Shown one piece after another: positions 1 through 13,827 of a stretch of 64,000 nucleotides of DNA (position 1 is its first letter; each line of letters starts with the position of its first letter). Made by a program: the position numbers and the translations under genes. Under the pieces are notes generated by a model. The model was not told the origin of the DNA. It worked only from the letters and a program-made list of their open reading frames with translations, and did no database searches. This stretch comes from Escherichia coli O127:H6 str. E2348/69 (GTDB taxonomy: Bacteria > Pseudomonadota > Gammaproteobacteria > Enterobacterales > Enterobacteriaceae), in the NCBI RefSeq assembly GCF_000026545.1, contig NC_011601.1. One strand, 5' to 3'.

Positions 1-1307
1 AGATCAACAATATTTCACTCGGTATTATCGACCTGGTCTATCCCGCACACTGGCAGCCATACATTGCTCAGGATCTTGGTCAACAAACCGATATCGATAT
101 CTATCTCGACCGCCACGTAGTGCGTCAGGGGCGATATCTTTCGCTGCATGATGAAGTAAAAAACTTTCCGTTACAGCACTGGCTGCGCAGTACGATTATT
201 GCTGCGGGCTCGCTATTGGTGCTGTTTATGCTGTTATTCTGGATCCCGCTGGATATGCCACTGAAATTCACCCTCTCGTGGATGAAAGGCGCACAGACCA
301 TTGAAGCCACTAGCGTAAAACAACTGGCTGACGCTGGCGTGCGGGTTGGCGATACATTGCGTATTAGCGGTACGGGAATGTGTAATATTCGCACTTCCGG
401 TACCTGGAGCGCGAAAACCAATTCACCTTTTTTACCATTTGACTGCTCGCAGATCATCTGGAACGACGCCCGCTCATTGCCATTACCAGAATCTGAACTG
501 GTCAACAAAGCGACGGCATTGACCGAAGCAGTTAATCGCCAGCTGCACCCTAAACCGGAAGATGAATCTCGCGTCAGTGCCTCATTACGTTCAGCAATTC
601 AAAAATCCGGTATGGTATTGCTTGATGATTTTGGCGACATTGTTCTGAAGACAGCAGATCTGTGTTCTGCCAAAGATGACTGTGTGCGACTGAAAAATGC
701 GCTGGTCAATCTCGGCAACAGTAAAGACTGGGACGCGCTGGTAAAACGCGCCAACGCCGGGAAACTCGATGGCGTGAATGTGTTATTACGCCCGGTGAGT
801 GCGGAATCGCTGGATAACCTGGTGGCCACCTCTACCGCGCCGTTTATCACGCATGAAACGGCGCGAGCGGCACAATCACTAAACAGTCCGGCCCCCGGCG
901 GATTCCTGATTGTCAGCGACGAAGGCAGCGATTTTGTTGATCAGCCCTGGCCTTCGGCATCACTTTACGACTATCCGCCGCAAGAACAGTGGAACGCTTT
1001 CCAGAAACTGGCACAAATGCTGATGCATACGCCGTTTAACGCCGAAGGTATCGTCACAAAAATCTTCACTGACGCCAATGGTACGCAGCATATTGGCCTT
1101 CATCCGATCCCGGATCGTTCCGGCCTGTGGCGCTATCTCAGCACCACGCTGCTGCTACTGACGATGCTGGGTAGCGCCATTTATAATGGCGTACAGGCCT
1201 GGCGTCGTTACCAGCGCCATCGTACTCGCATGATGAAGATTCAGGCCTATTATGAAAGCTGCCTGAACCCGCAACTGATCACCCCTTCAGAAAGCCTTAT
1301 CGAATAA
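1..1307 (+). CDS. igaA: IgaA (YrfF) inner-membrane regulator of the Rcs phosphorelay, 3' portion; 5' end lies outside the window
   Basis: Frame is open from the window edge (codons from position 3) to the stop at 1305-1307. Translation matches the IgaA C-terminal region as I remember it; position upstream of yrfG-hslR-hslO fits K-12 order. Confidence 0.85.
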   Translation, partial: INNISLGIIDLVYPAHWQPYIAQDLGQQTDIDIYLDRHVVRQGRYLSLHDEVKNFPLQHWLRSTIIAAGSLLVLFMLLFWIPLDMPLKFTLSWMKGAQTIEATSVKQLADAGVRVGDTLRISGTGMCNIRTSGTWSAKTNSPFLPFDCSQIIWNDARSLPLPESELVNKATALTEAVNRQLHPKPEDESRVSASLRSAIQKSGMVLLDDFGDIVLKTADLCSAKDDCVRLKNALVNLGNSKDWDALVKRANAGKLDGVNVLLRPVSAESLDNLVATSTAPFITHETARAAQSLNSPAPGGFLIVSDEGSDFVDQPWPSASLYDYPPQEQWNAFQKLAQMLMHTPFNAEGIVTKIFTDANGTQHIGLHPIPDRSGLWRYLSTTLLLLTMLGSAIYNGVQAWRRYQRHRTRMMKIQAYYESCLNPQLITPSESLIE

Positions 1308-1371
1308 CACGTTTGCGCGGCAGGTTATGCTACCCTGTCGCGCAAATTGCTTCACTCTGGAGATTTCCCTC

Positions 1372-2040
1372 ATGCATATCAACATTGCCTGGCAGGACGT
1401 AGATACCGTTCTGCTGGATATGGACGGCACGTTGCTCGACCTCGCCTTCGATAACTATTTCTGGCAAAAGCTGGTGCCTGAAACATGGGGCGCGAAAAAC
1501 GGAGTTACGCCACAGGAAGCGATGGAATATATGCGCCAGCAATATCACGACGTACAGCATACGCTAAACTGGTACTGTCTTGATTACTGGAGTGAGCAAC
1601 TGGGTCTGGATATCTGTGCGATGACCACCGAGATGGGACCGCGTGCCGTACTGCGTGAAGATACCATTCCGTTTCTTGAGGCACTGAAAGCCAGCGGTAA
1701 GCAGCGAATTTTGCTCACCAATGCGCATCCGCACAACCTGGCGGTAAAACTTGAGCATACCGGTCTGGACGCACACCTTGATTTATTACTTTCCACCCAC
1801 ACATTTGGTTATCCGAAAGAGGATCAGCGGTTATGGCATGCGGTGGCCGAAGCTACGGGTCTTAAAGCTGAAAGAACGCTGTTTATTGATGACAGCGAAG
1901 CGATTCTCGATGCTGCCGCGCAATTTGGTATTCGTTACTGCCTCGGTGTGACTAATCCTGACTCCGGGATTGCCGAGAAACAGTATCAACGCCATCCGTC
2001 ACTGAATGACTACCGCCGCCTGATCCCCTCGCTAATGTGA
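1372..2040 (+). CDS. yrfG: HAD-family GMP/IMP nucleotidase YrfG
   Basis: ATG at 1372 gives 222 aa. HAD motif DMDGTLLD near the N-terminus. The track ORF begins upstream at 1327; I chose the internal ATG by length match. Confidence 0.85.
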   Translation: MHINIAWQDVDTVLLDMDGTLLDLAFDNYFWQKLVPETWGAKNGVTPQEAMEYMRQQYHDVQHTLNWYCLDYWSEQLGLDICAMTTEMGPRAVLREDTIPFLEALKASGKQRILLTNAHPHNLAVKLEHTGLDAHLDLLLSTHTFGYPKEDQRLWHAVAEATGLKAERTLFIDDSEAILDAAAQFGIRYCLGVTNPDSGIAEKQYQRHPSLNDYRRLIPSLM

Positions 2041-2050
2041 AGGAGATGCC

Positions 2051-2452
2051 ATGAAAGAAAAACCTGCTGTTGAGGTTCGACTGGATAAATGGCTATGGGC
2101 TGCCCGTTTTTATAAAACCCGCGCGCTGGCCCGTGAAATGATTGAAGGCGGTAAGGTGCATTACAACGGGCAGCGCAGCAAGCCAAGCAAAATCGTCGAG
2201 CTGAATGCCACGCTCACTCTGCGCCAGGGAAATGACGAACGCACGGTGATTGTAAAGGCGATTACTGAACAGCGTCGCCCCGCCAGCGAGGCAGCCTTGC
2301 TGTATGAAGAGACTGCGGAAAGTGTAGAGAAACGCGAAAAAATGGCGCTGGCACGTAAACTTAATGCCTTAACCATGCCGCATCCGGACCGACGCCCGGA
2401 CAAAAAAGAGCGCCGCGACCTGTTACGATTTAAACACGGCGACAGTGAATAA
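2051..2452 (+). CDS. hslR: Heat shock protein 15 (Hsp15), ribosome-associated S4-like RNA-binding protein
   Basis: 133 aa, MKEKPAVEVRLDKWLWAARFYKTRALA; SD GGAG upstream; operon partner of hslO. Confidence 0.93.
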   Translation: MKEKPAVEVRLDKWLWAARFYKTRALAREMIEGGKVHYNGQRSKPSKIVELNATLTLRQGNDERTVIVKAITEQRRPASEAALLYEETAESVEKREKMALARKLNALTMPHPDRRPDKKERRDLLRFKHGDSE

Positions 2453-2476
2453 CTGTCACCTGCAAGAGAGATGATT

Positions 2477-3355
2477 ATGCCGCAACATGACCAATTACAT
2501 CGCTATCTGTTTGAAAACTTTGCCGTTCGCGGCGAACTGGTAACCGTTTCGGAAACCCTGCAACAGATCCTTGAGAATCACGATTATCCGCAGCCCGTTA
2601 AAAACGTGCTGGCAGAACTGCTGGTTGCGACCAGCCTGTTAACCGCTACGTTGAAGTTTGATGGTGATATCACCGTACAGCTGCAAGGCGACGGTCCGAT
2701 GAATCTGGCGGTTATTAACGGTAACAACAACCAGCAGATGCGCGGTGTGGCGCGCGTGCAGGGCGAAATTCCAGAAAATGCCGACCTGAAAACGCTGGTC
2801 GGCAATGGTTACGTGGTGATCACCATCACTCCGAGCGAAGGCGAACGCTATCAGGGCGTGGTTGGTCTGGAAGGTGATACCCTAGCGGCCTGCCTGGAAG
2901 ATTACTTTATGCGTTCTGAACAGCTGCCGACGCGCCTGTTTATTCGCACCGGCGACGTAGACGGCAAACCGGCTGCAGGCGGAATGTTGTTGCAGGTAAT
3001 GCCTGCGCAAAATGCCCAGCAGGACGACTTTGACCACCTGGCAACGCTAACCGAAACCATCAAAACCGAAGAACTGCTGACTTTACCGGCAAACGAAGTG
3101 TTGTGGCGTTTGTATCACGAAGAAGAGGTGACGGTTTACGATCCGCAGGATGTGGAGTTCAAATGCACCTGCTCGCGTGAACGTTGCGCCGATGCGCTGA
3201 AAACGCTGCCTGATGAAGAAGTCGATAGCATCCTGGCGGAAGATGGCGAAATTGACATGCATTGTGATTACTGCGGTAACCACTATCTGTTCAATGCGAT
3301 GGATATTGCCGAGATCCGCAACAACGCGTCTCCGGCAGATCCGCAAGTTCATTAA
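2477..3355 (+). CDS. hslO: Hsp33 redox-regulated chaperone
   Basis: 292 aa from [13 protein letters not shown]-terminal zinc centre CTCSRERC ... CDYCGNHY is diagnostic. Confidence 0.93.
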   Translation: MPQHDQLHRYLFENFAVRGELVTVSETLQQILENHDYPQPVKNVLAELLVATSLLTATLKFDGDITVQLQGDGPMNLAVINGNNNQQMRGVARVQGEIPENADLKTLVGNGYVVITITPSEGERYQGVVGLEGDTLAACLEDYFMRSEQLPTRLFIRTGDVDGKPAAGGMLLQVMPAQNAQQDDFDHLATLTETIKTEELLTLPANEVLWRLYHEEEVTVYDPQDVEFKCTCSRERCADALKTLPDEEVDSILAEDGEIDMHCDYCGNHYLFNAMDIAEIRNNASPADPQVH

Positions 3356-3417
3356 TGAGTATGTCCGGCAGAGAGGACTCTGCCGGATTTTACGACTAAT
3401 ACACCTGATGCGCTTTG

Positions 3418-5142
3418 TCACTCATTCAGATTCACATCCAGCCTTTCACCATCCACTACAAGATCGCGCCACGCTTTAGGCCTCGTCCCCAGCTTTCCAT
3501 CCTTCGCAGCAGCGAGTAATTTTTCTTTCGTTATTTGGCGCGGAAGTAAACTCATATCAAGCGCGTCCCATTCTTTTCTGGCTGAGTCAAAGCCATAGAC
3601 AATGACTCTGTCATCATTAAAAGCAAACAGGATCCGCTCCGCCTGACCATCACTATTCAGATCTTGCTCGACCAGTACGCAGGCGTCTTTTTCAATACAG
3701 GTCATCACGTTATAGCGATCCTGGATTAAGGCCGACCAGAATGTCGCATCCGGTTTACCAGAACCTGGGGCAATTAACACATTATCGGCTAATACTTTTT
3801 CCGATACCTGTTCCTGAAGATGTTGCTCTCCATCTAACGCCATCAGCAGATCCCGCGCGCGTTTCGGGTCTTTCATATACTCGGCATCGCTTTTCAGCGA
3901 CTCAAGCGCCGCACGTCCATAGCGACCGCTCTGTTCGAGCATGTAGATAGTTACCTGGTCTGGCGTGTTTTTGCCGCTCTGATAACGCGCCATATGACTG
4001 TTCACGCTAATGCGCATACTGTCCAGCACCGGCGAATTAAGAAGCACCAGTATTACCAACACCAATAACGAAACCGCAAGGTTCACTTTGCCCTGAAGAT
4101 CAAGGGGATTTTGCCCTTTACGCCAGACGATACTGACAAAATACCCCAGCGACCATACCAGTAACACCAGCACCGCCAGCACGCCCTGCAAGCGGTCGGC
4201 AGTCCAGCCGTACTGAGCGACCCGCAGCCATAACGCCCAGGCGGCGACGAACACATACAGCGGAGCAACCAGCAAAGCGGTTTTAATCAGGCAACGCAAT
4301 GGCCCCGTCCAGGGAAGTGACGCTTTTTGCGGATCGCGGACAATAGCCATTAAGATCAATTGCAAAAAGGCCAGCGTTAACAGCAACCCAGCGGCGGAGA
4401 TGTGGCGAGAAATCGCGCTCAGGCCCGTAAACGGCAGGGTGATAATAAACATCAGGGTTAGCAATGATACTAACGGCAGCAACCCCGTGGCGATTAACGT
4501 GAACAACTTTTGAATAGAGTCGATTAAACGTGACTGTGTTCGCGCGAGGATCACCGCCAGCGCGGTAGCCAGACCTAACGTGAGATAAATAAACCAGTCG
4601 GTTGCAAAAAAGAGCGTTTTGAAAAACGTGATGCCAACAAGTTTAAACAACTCACTCCACAGTAAAAGCACCAGCCACGTCAGGCCATTGGCGAGAAAAA
4701 TCACCAGTAATATAAGTACGTTATGCCATACAGACTGGTAAAAGTAGCGATAGCGGCTACTGTCATTGCGGATGCGAAGGCTTTGTTGTATCCACGGTAG
4801 CAACAACATTGCCATCAGCAGCAGATAGCAGCCAAAATCCCAAAGCGCCTTTTCAACTCTCCAGGGGGTCATGCCATCAGTTTGCCACTTCAGCCAGCCG
4901 CTCATTCCCAGCGTGGCAATAAACACCAGCGCCAGCCATCCCCAAAGGCGCTTCTGTTTAAAGGAGATCACGGAGAAGAGTAAAACGGATGAAAACGCGA
5001 CGGTCGCAGGCACGCCATAAACAATCCAACTGAGATTTTTTCCGGCAAGCCAGGCGATCAGCAGGTAGCAAACCAACCCCTGAAGTAATCCGGTAGCAAT
5101 CATCCCCCAGCGTGTTGCCGGTGAAAGTTCAACGTTATCCAT
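3418..5142 (-). CDS. yhgE: Polytopic inner-membrane protein YhgE (function unknown)
   Basis: 574 aa, strongly hydrophobic N-terminal two thirds with soluble C-terminal domain; position between hslO and pck as in K-12. Confidence 0.85.
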   Translation of the reverse strand: MDNVELSPATRWGMIATGLLQGLVCYLLIAWLAGKNLSWIVYGVPATVAFSSVLLFSVISFKQKRLWGWLALVFIATLGMSGWLKWQTDGMTPWRVEKALWDFGCYLLLMAMLLLPWIQQSLRIRNDSSRYRYFYQSVWHNVLILLVIFLANGLTWLVLLLWSELFKLVGITFFKTLFFATDWFIYLTLGLATALAVILARTQSRLIDSIQKLFTLIATGLLPLVSLLTLMFIITLPFTGLSAISRHISAAGLLLTLAFLQLILMAIVRDPQKASLPWTGPLRCLIKTALLVAPLYVFVAAWALWLRVAQYGWTADRLQGVLAVLVLLVWSLGYFVSIVWRKGQNPLDLQGKVNLAVSLLVLVILVLLNSPVLDSMRISVNSHMARYQSGKNTPDQVTIYMLEQSGRYGRAALESLKSDAEYMKDPKRARDLLMALDGEQHLQEQVSEKVLADNVLIAPGSGKPDATFWSALIQDRYNVMTCIEKDACVLVEQDLNSDGQAERILFAFNDDRVIVYGFDSARKEWDALDMSLLPRQITKEKLLAAAKDGKLGTRPKAWRDLVVDGERLDVNLNE

Positions 5143-5520
5143 GTTGTTTATCCAGAATCAAAAGGTGGGTTAATTATCGCATCCGGGCAGTAGTATTTTG
5201 CTTTTTTCAGAAAATAATCAAAAAAAGTTAGCGTGGTGAATCGATACTTTACCGATTGAATTTGCATCAATTTCATTCATGAATGCGATTCCACTCACAA
5301 TATTCCCGCCATATAAACCAAGATTTAACCTTTTGAGAACATTTTTCACACCTAAAATGCTATTTCTGCGATAATAGCAACCGTTTCGTGACAGGAATCA
5401 CGGAGTTTTTTGTCAAATATGAATTTCTCCAGATACGTAAATCTATGAGCCTTGTCGCGGTTAACACCCCCAAAAAGACTTTACTATTCAGGCAATACAT
5501 ATTGGCTAAGGAGCAGTGAA

Positions 5521-7143
5521 ATGCGCGTTAACAATGGTTTGACCCCGCAAGAACTCGAGGCTTATGGTATCAGTGACGTACATGATATCGTTTACAACCC
5601 AAGCTACGATCTGCTGTATCAGGAAGAGCTGGACCCGAGCCTGACCGGTTATGAGCGCGGGGTGTTAACTAATCTGGGTGCCGTTGCCGTCGATACCGGG
5701 ATCTTCACCGGTCGTTCACCGAAAGATAAGTATATCGTTCGTGACGATACCACTCGCGATACTTTCTGGTGGGCAGACAAAGGCAAAGGTAAGAACGACA
5801 ACAAACCTCTCTCTCCGGAAACCTGGCAGCATCTGAAAGGCCTGGTGACCAGGCAGCTTTCCGGCAAACGTCTGTTCGTTGTCGACGCCTTCTGTGGTGC
5901 GAACCCGGATACTCGTCTTTCCGTCCGTTTCATCACCGAAGTGGCCTGGCAGGCGCATTTTGTCAAAAACATGTTTATTCGCCCGAGCGATGAAGAGCTG
6001 GCAGGTTTCAAACCAGACTTTATCGTTATGAACGGCGCGAAGTGCACTAACCCGCAGTGGAAAGAACAGGGTCTGAACTCCGAAAACTTCGTGGCGTTTA
6101 ACCTGACCGAGCGCATGCAGCTGATTGGCGGCACCTGGTACGGCGGCGAAATGAAGAAAGGGATGTTCTCGATGATGAACTACCTGCTGCCGCTGAAAGG
6201 TATCGCTTCTATGCACTGCTCCGCCAACGTTGGCGAGAAAGGCGATGTTGCGGTGTTCTTCGGCCTTTCCGGCACCGGTAAAACCACCCTTTCCACCGAC
6301 CCGAAACGCCGCCTGATTGGCGATGACGAGCACGGCTGGGATGATGACGGTGTGTTTAACTTCGAAGGCGGCTGCTACGCGAAAACTATCAAGCTGTCGA
6401 AAGAAGCGGAACCTGAAATCTACAACGCTATCCGTCGCGATGCGCTGCTGGAAAACGTCACCGTGCGTGAAGATGGCACAATCGACTTTGATGATGGTTC
6501 AAAAACCGAGAACACCCGCGTTTCTTATCCGATCTATCACATCGATAACATCGTTAAGCCGGTTTCCAAAGCGGGCCACGCAACGAAAGTTATCTTCCTG
6601 ACCGCCGACGCCTTTGGCGTGCTGCCGCCGGTTTCTCGTCTGACTGCCGATCAAACCCAGTACCACTTCCTCTCTGGCTTCACCGCCAAACTGGCCGGGA
6701 CTGAGCGTGGCATCACCGAACCGACGCCAACCTTCTCCGCCTGCTTCGGCGCGGCGTTCCTGTCGCTGCACCCAACTCAGTACGCAGAAGTGCTGGTAAA
6801 ACGTATGCAGGCGGCGGGTGCGCAGGCGTATCTGGTTAACACCGGCTGGAACGGCACTGGCAAACGTATCTCCATTAAAGATACCCGCGCTATTATCGAC
6901 GCCATCCTCAACGGTTCGCTGGATAACGCAGAAACCTTCACTCTGCCGATGTTTAACCTGGCGATCCCAACCGAACTGCCAGGCGTAGACACGAAGATCC
7001 TCGATCCGCGTAACACCTACGCTTCTCCGGAACAGTGGCAGGAAAAAGCCGAAACGCTGGCGAAACTGTTTATCGACAACTTCGATAAATACACCGACAC
7101 CCCTGCGGGTGCCGCGCTGGTAGCGGCTGGTCCGAAGCTGTAA
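5521..7143 (+). CDS. pckA: Phosphoenolpyruvate carboxykinase (ATP)
   Basis: 540 aa from ATG 5521 with SD AAGGAG 8 nt upstream. Kinase-1a motif GLSGTGKTT. Track ORF starts further upstream at 5452 in the same frame. Confidence 0.95.
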   Translation: MRVNNGLTPQELEAYGISDVHDIVYNPSYDLLYQEELDPSLTGYERGVLTNLGAVAVDTGIFTGRSPKDKYIVRDDTTRDTFWWADKGKGKNDNKPLSPETWQHLKGLVTRQLSGKRLFVVDAFCGANPDTRLSVRFITEVAWQAHFVKNMFIRPSDEELAGFKPDFIVMNGAKCTNPQWKEQGLNSENFVAFNLTERMQLIGGTWYGGEMKKGMFSMMNYLLPLKGIASMHCSANVGEKGDVAVFFGLSGTGKTTLSTDPKRRLIGDDEHGWDDDGVFNFEGGCYAKTIKLSKEAEPEIYNAIRRDALLENVTVREDGTIDFDDGSKTENTRVSYPIYHIDNIVKPVSKAGHATKVIFLTADAFGVLPPVSRLTADQTQYHFLSGFTAKLAGTERGITEPTPTFSACFGAAFLSLHPTQYAEVLVKRMQAAGAQAYLVNTGWNGTGKRISIKDTRAIIDAILNGSLDNAETFTLPMFNLAIPTELPGVDTKILDPRNTYASPEQWQEKAETLAKLFIDNFDKYTDTPAGAALVAAGPKL

Positions 7144-7162
7144 TCAGCTGATATCTCATTGA

Positions 7163-7193
7163 CCCCTTATCCAAACGGATAAGGGGTTTTTTT
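7163..7193 (+). terminator. Rho-independent terminator of pckA
   Basis: Perfect hairpin CCCCTTATCC-AAAC-GGATAAGGGG followed by TTTTTTT. Confidence 0.85.
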
Positions 7194-7252
7194 ATATCTA
7201 ATTAGCTACCAATATGTACACTTATAATTATCAATAGACCGCAGGATGCATT

Positions 7253-7569
7253 ATGTTCACCTTTATTGAACTACAAGGATTTAGCAAACGCCGCCAGTTA
7301 TTGCTACCTGATAAGTAGTTCCGGGCTTTTCAGGAACTACTCATTCAAGATCCCACTGCCGGTGACATTATCGCAGGCACAGGCAGTTTTAGAAAAATTC
7401 GCTGGAACCGTTCTGGAATGGGGAAACGGGGTGCATTCGGATAATTTATTACAACGTAACACGCAATGGCCGAATTTATCTGGCGTTGATTTATCCTAAA
7501 AATGAACAGGATGATTTAACAGAAGAACAAAGAAAGGCATTGAAACTATTGTCCGAGAAGCTGCTTTAA
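7253..7569 (+). pseudogene. Decayed RelE/HigB-family type II toxin gene (internal amber stop plus a -1 frameshift)
   Basis: ATG 7253 reads MFTFIELQGFSKRRQLLLPDK, then in-frame TAG at 7316-7318, then FRAFQELLIQDPTAGDIIAGTGSFRKIRWNRSGMGKRGAF. A 1-nt shift near 7436-7440 (ttc gga taa where ttc cgg ata would keep the frame) precedes RIIYYNVTRNGRIYLALIYPKNEQDDLTEEQRKALKLLSEKLL, stop 7567-7569. The conceptual protein of about 105 aa resembles RelE/HigB-like toxins (GKRGG-R-IYY core). Confidence 0.75.
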
Positions 7570-7627
7570 TGTTGAAGCTCCACAAATTCCACCATGGCCG
7601 AAATGCCAACGGAGGCATTGAAAACAG

Positions 7628-7924
7628 ATGAAAGATGAATTATTTGCTGATCTTCTTGCCAGCGCAGAAGAAATGGTACGCATCGAAAAGGGTGAAGAAA
7701 CGCCTGAACCAGAGCACGTCCATACTTTTAGCGAAATCGATGTAAAAGCGATCCGTGAAGCAACGGGTTTACGTCAGCAAGATTTTGCTGTCGCCGTAGG
7801 GGTAAGTTATGACCTGGTCAAAAGCTGGGAAACCAAACGCCGTCAGCCTACCGGAGCACCCCGAAAATTGCTCCTGCTTTTGCAAGCGAATCCTTTCATT
7901 ATCAATCAATTGAAAACAATCTAA
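7628..7924 (+). CDS. XRE-type helix-turn-helix antitoxin (HigA/COG2944-like), apparently intact
   Basis: 98 aa ORF with SD GGAGG upstream; HTH segment GLRQQDFAVAVGVSYDLVKSWETKRRQPTG; sits immediately downstream of the toxin remnant (toxin-first HigBA-like arrangement). Confidence 0.75.
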   Translation: MKDELFADLLASAEEMVRIEKGEETPEPEHVHTFSEIDVKAIREATGLRQQDFAVAVGVSYDLVKSWETKRRQPTGAPRKLLLLLQANPFIINQLKTI

Positions 7925-7955
7925 AAACGGGAGGCACCTTCACCTCCCGTTTTAT

Positions 7956-7956
<1 letters not shown>
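7925..7956. terminator. Bidirectional hairpin terminator (antitoxin on + strand, envZ on - strand)
   Basis: AAAA-ACGGGAGG-CACCTTCA-CCTCCCGT-TTTATTT; A-run and T-run flank the stem. Confidence 0.7.
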
Positions 7957-10024
<2,068 letters not shown>

Positions 10025-10251
10025 TGTTTGTACTCCCAAAGGTTCGCAACAATTTGTAAGCGTGTATTCTTAAAAAAGCTCACGTTCGTCACCAGCTAAA
10101 TCTGGTATGAATTTCAGCCTAAATTGTTACAAAGCATATTAAACAGCAGCTTAAGTATACAATTTATTCGGCGAAACATTATTGATTCTGTTGATATGAT
10201 CACGTTATACCCAATGTGCGCATTATCAAACAGACAAAGGGAATCAACGAG

Positions 10252-10728
10252 ATGAAAACGCCCCTGGTTACCCGGGAAGGGTATGAAAAACTCAAACAAG
10301 AGCTTAATTATCTCTGGCGTGAAGAACGCCCGGAGGTCACAAAGAAAGTGACCTGGGCCGCAAGTCTGGGCGACCGCAGCGAAAATGCTGACTATCAGTA
10401 TAATAAAAAGCGCCTGCGTGAAATCGACCGTCGCGTGCGCTATCTCACTAAATGCATGGAAAATCTCAAAATCGTCGATTACTCCCCGCAGCAGGAAGGC
10501 AAAGTCTTTTTTGGTGCGTGGGTGGAGATTGAAAACGACGATGGTGTGACTCACCGTTTCCGTATTGTCGGCTACGATGAAATTTTTGGCCGTAAAGATT
10601 ACATCTCTATCGATTCCCCGATGGCCCGCGCATTGCTGAAAAAAGAAGTCGGCGATCTGGCGGTGGTGAATACCCCTGCCGGGGAAGCGAGCTGGTATGT
10701 TAATGCTATCGAGTACGTGAAACCGTAA
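10252..10728 (+). CDS. greB: Transcript cleavage factor GreB
   Basis: 158 aa from MKTPLVTREGYEKLKQEL; Gre-factor coiled-coil and FKBP-like domain. Confidence 0.93.
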   Translation: MKTPLVTREGYEKLKQELNYLWREERPEVTKKVTWAASLGDRSENADYQYNKKRLREIDRRVRYLTKCMENLKIVDYSPQQEGKVFFGAWVEIENDDGVTHRFRIVGYDEIFGRKDYISIDSPMARALLKKEVGDLAVVNTPAGEASWYVNAIEYVKP

Positions 10729-10824
10729 GGAAGAGTCTTAACCTCCTGCCGATGGCTGGCATTTTTGCCAGCCAGTCCGTATAACTATCCCCTGATTTTT
10801 GATCCGAAAAGATGAACTCAAACC

Positions 10825-13146
10825 ATGATGAATGATTCGTTCTGCCGCATTATTGCGGGTGAAATTCAGGCGCGCCCGGAACAGGTTGACGCTGCCGTTC
10901 GCCTGCTTGACGAAGGGAATACCGTGCCGTTTATCGCACGTTATCGTAAGGAAATCACCGGCGGTCTGGATGACACGCAGCTGCGTAATCTGGAAACGCG
11001 TCTGAGCTATCTGCGCGAGCTGGAAGAGAGACGTCAGGCGATCCTCAAGTCCATTTCCGAGCAAGGCAAACTCACCGATGATCTGGCGAATGCCATCAAC
11101 GCCACCCTAAGCAAAACCGAACTCGAAGACCTCTACCTGCCCTACAAACCTAAACGCCGCACCCGTGGGCAAATCGCCATTGAAGCAGGGCTTGAGCCGT
11201 TGGCCGATCTGCTGTGGAGCGATCCGTCACACACGCCAGAAGTCGCCGCTGCACAATATATTGATGCCGATAAAGGCGTGGCAGATACCAAAGCCGCGCT
11301 GGACGGCGCGCGCTATATCCTGATGGAACGGTTTGCCGAAGATGCCGCGCTGCTGGCGAAAGTGCGTGATTATCTGTGGAAGAACGCGCATTTGGTTTCT
11401 ACGGTGGCGAGCGGTAAAGAAGAGGAAGGGGCGAAATTCCGCGACTATTTCGATCATCACGAACCGCTGTCCACGGTGCCTTCTCACCGCGCGCTGGCGA
11501 TGTTCCGTGGTCGTAACGAAGGCATACTTCAGCTTTCGCTGAATGCCGATCCGCAGTTCGAAGAACCGCCGAAAGAGAGCTATTGCGAGCAAATCATCAT
11601 GGATCACCTTGGCCTGCGCCTGAACAATGCCCCAGCGGATAGCTGGCGCAAAGGTGTGGTGAGCTGGACGTGGCGCATCAAGGTGTTGATGCATCTGGAA
11701 ACTGAACTGATGGGCACCGTGCGCGAACGCGCGGAAGATGAAGCAATCAACGTCTTTGCCCGTAACCTGCATGATCTGCTGATGGCGGCCCCTGCCGGGC
11801 TGCGTGCAACGATGGGCCTCGATCCGGGTCTGCGTACTGGGGTAAAAGTGGCGGTAGTCGATGCAACTGGCAAACTGGTGGCGACCGATACCATTTATCC
11901 GCATACCGGGCAGGCCGCAAAAGCAGCGATGACCGTTGCTGCGCTGTGTGAAAAGCATAATGTTGAACTGGTGGCGATCGGCAACGGTACAGCTTCTCGC
12001 GAAACCGAACGTTTCTATCTCGACGTGCAGAAGCAGTTCCCGAAAGTGACCGCGCAGAAAGTGATCGTCAGCGAAGCTGGCGCGTCGGTTTACTCGGCTT
12101 CCGAGCTGGCAGCACAGGAATTCCCGGATCTCGACGTTTCGCTGCGTGGCGCGGTGTCTATCGCCCGTCGTTTGCAGGATCCGCTGGCGGAGCTGGTGAA
12201 AATCGATCCGAAATCTATCGGCGTAGGTCAGTATCAGCATGACGTCAGCCAGACGCAGCTGGCACGCAAACTGGATGCAGTAGTAGAAGACTGCGTAAAC
12301 GCCGTTGGCGTCGATCTCAACACCGCTTCTGTTCCTCTGTTAACCCGCGTGGCGGGCCTGACGCGCATGATGGCGCAAAACATCGTAGCCTGGCGCGATG
12401 AGAACGGCCAGTTCCAGAACCGTCAGCAACTGTTAAAAGTGAGCCGTCTGGGGCCGAAAGCCTTCGAGCAGTGCGCGGGTTTCTTGCGCATTAACCACGG
12501 TGATAACCCGCTGGACGCTTCTACCGTTCACCCGGAAGCCTATCCGGTGGTGGAACGCATTCTGGCAGCAACACAGCAGGCACTGAAAGATCTGATGGGT
12601 AACAGCAGCAAACTGCGTAACCTGAAAGCATCTGGCTTTACTGATGAGAAATTCGGTGTGCCGACGGTAACCGACATCATCAAAGAGCTGGAAAAACCGG
12701 GTCGCGATCCGCGTCCGGAATTTAAAACCGCTCAGTTTGCCGATGGCGTCGAGACAATGAACGACCTGCAACCGGGTATGATCCTCGAAGGTGCGGTGAC
12801 CAACGTCACCAACTTTGGCGCGTTTGTCGATATTGGCGTGCATCAGGACGGCCTGGTTCACATCTCTTCATTGTCGAACAAGTTTGTGGAAGATCCGCAT
12901 ACCGTGGTGAAAGCGGGCGACATTGTGAAGGTGAAAGTGCTGGAAGTGGATCTTCAGCGTAAACGTATCGCCCTGACCATGCGTCTGGACGAGCAGCCTG
13001 GCGAAACCAACGCCCGTCGCGGCGGCGGTAATGAACGCCCGCAAAACAACCGCCCGGCAGCCAAAACGCGTGGGCGTGAAGCGCAGCCTGCCGGTAACAG
13101 CGCGATGATGGATGCGCTGGCGGCGGCAATGGGCAAAAAACGTTAA
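10825..13146 (+). CDS. yhgF: Tex-like transcription accessory protein (S1 RNA-binding domain protein YhgF)
   Basis: 773 aa; YqgF/RuvC-like and HhH regions, C-terminal S1 domain, basic tail. Confidence 0.9.
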   Translation: MMNDSFCRIIAGEIQARPEQVDAAVRLLDEGNTVPFIARYRKEITGGLDDTQLRNLETRLSYLRELEERRQAILKSISEQGKLTDDLANAINATLSKTELEDLYLPYKPKRRTRGQIAIEAGLEPLADLLWSDPSHTPEVAAAQYIDADKGVADTKAALDGARYILMERFAEDAALLAKVRDYLWKNAHLVSTVASGKEEEGAKFRDYFDHHEPLSTVPSHRALAMFRGRNEGILQLSLNADPQFEEPPKESYCEQIIMDHLGLRLNNAPADSWRKGVVSWTWRIKVLMHLETELMGTVRERAEDEAINVFARNLHDLLMAAPAGLRATMGLDPGLRTGVKVAVVDATGKLVATDTIYPHTGQAAKAAMTVAALCEKHNVELVAIGNGTASRETERFYLDVQKQFPKVTAQKVIVSEAGASVYSASELAAQEFPDLDVSLRGAVSIARRLQDPLAELVKIDPKSIGVGQYQHDVSQTQLARKLDAVVEDCVNAVGVDLNTASVPLLTRVAGLTRMMAQNIVAWRDENGQFQNRQQLLKVSRLGPKAFEQCAGFLRINHGDNPLDASTVHPEAYPVVERILAATQQALKDLMGNSSKLRNLKASGFTDEKFGVPTVTDIIKELEKPGRDPRPEFKTAQFADGVETMNDLQPGMILEGAVTNVTNFGAFVDIGVHQDGLVHISSLSNKFVEDPHTVVKAGDIVKVKVLEVDLQRKRIALTMRLDEQPGETNARRGGGNERPQNNRPAAKTRGREAQPAGNSAMMDALAAAMGKKR

Positions 13147-13225
13147 ACGCCCGGACTGGCCCCTAAACCTGCGCGATTAGGCGTTCACGCCGCATCTGGC
13201 AACGAACGCCTTGCCTGACATAAAA

Positions 13226-13254
13226 GTGCCGGAGAATATCTCCGGTCTTTTTAT
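13226..13254 (+). terminator. Rho-independent terminator downstream of yhgF
   Basis: GCCGGAGA-ATAT-CTCCGGTC followed by TTTTTATT. Confidence 0.7.
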
Positions 13255-13454
13255 TCCACAACCAAACTCATAATAGATTCCGTTAATATTTATCACTTCA
13301 TTAACAACTGAAACCTTAATTAAACATTAACCAGCCCTAATAATTCGTCATGCGAATTATATTTTCGCTGCGATATAACCTTGAGCCATATCAACATTGA
13401 GTCAGATTATTATTCAAACCAACATTCACACACATTTTAAGTATTGCTGATAGA

Positions 13455-13475
13455 AACCATTCTCATTATCATTGT
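13455..13475 (+). promoter_or_regulatory. Fur box in the feoABC promoter region
   Basis: AACCATTCTCATTATCATTG approximates the Fur consensus GATAATGATAATCATTATC; lies in a long AT-rich leader upstream of feoA. Confidence 0.6.
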
Positions 13476-13583
13476 ACTGTTGATTATTTAATCTCTCCTT
13501 CGTTGGCAAATCATCTGGTCTCATGTCGCTGTCAAACGCCCCATGAGGTAGTTATCCAGTTAATGAGAAACAAGTAGGCACCT

Positions 13584-13811
13584 ATGCAATATACTCCAGA
13601 TACTGCGTGGAAAATTACTGGCTTTTCCCGTGAAATCAGCCCGGCATATCGCCAAAAACTGCTTTCTCTTGGCATGTTACCTGGCTCCTCTTTTAATGTG
13701 GTGCGCGTCGCTCCACTCGGCGACCCCATTCATATCGAAACCCGTCGTGTGAGCCTGGTATTACGCAAAAAAGATCTGGCCTTATTAGAAGTGGAAGCGG
13801 TTTCCTGTTAA
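13584..13811 (+). CDS. feoA: Ferrous iron transport protein A
   Basis: 75 aa, [28 protein letters not shown]3-like FeoA; immediately upstream of feoB. Confidence 0.93.
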   Translation: MQYTPDTAWKITGFSREISPAYRQKLLSLGMLPGSSFNVVRVAPLGDPIHIETRRVSLVLRKKDLALLEVEAVSC

Positions 13812-13827
13812 TACGGTGATAACAACA

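Noticed and set aside
5452-5520. Upstream in-frame extension of pckA (track start at 5452).
   Set aside because: ATG 5521 has a proper SD and gives the known 540-aa length; the extension has no SD.
7266-7499. 77-aa ORF from the six-frame track (TTG start) in the pck-envZ spacer.
   Set aside because: It is an out-of-frame reading through the decayed toxin gene; the real coding signal is the toxin frame starting at ATG 7253.
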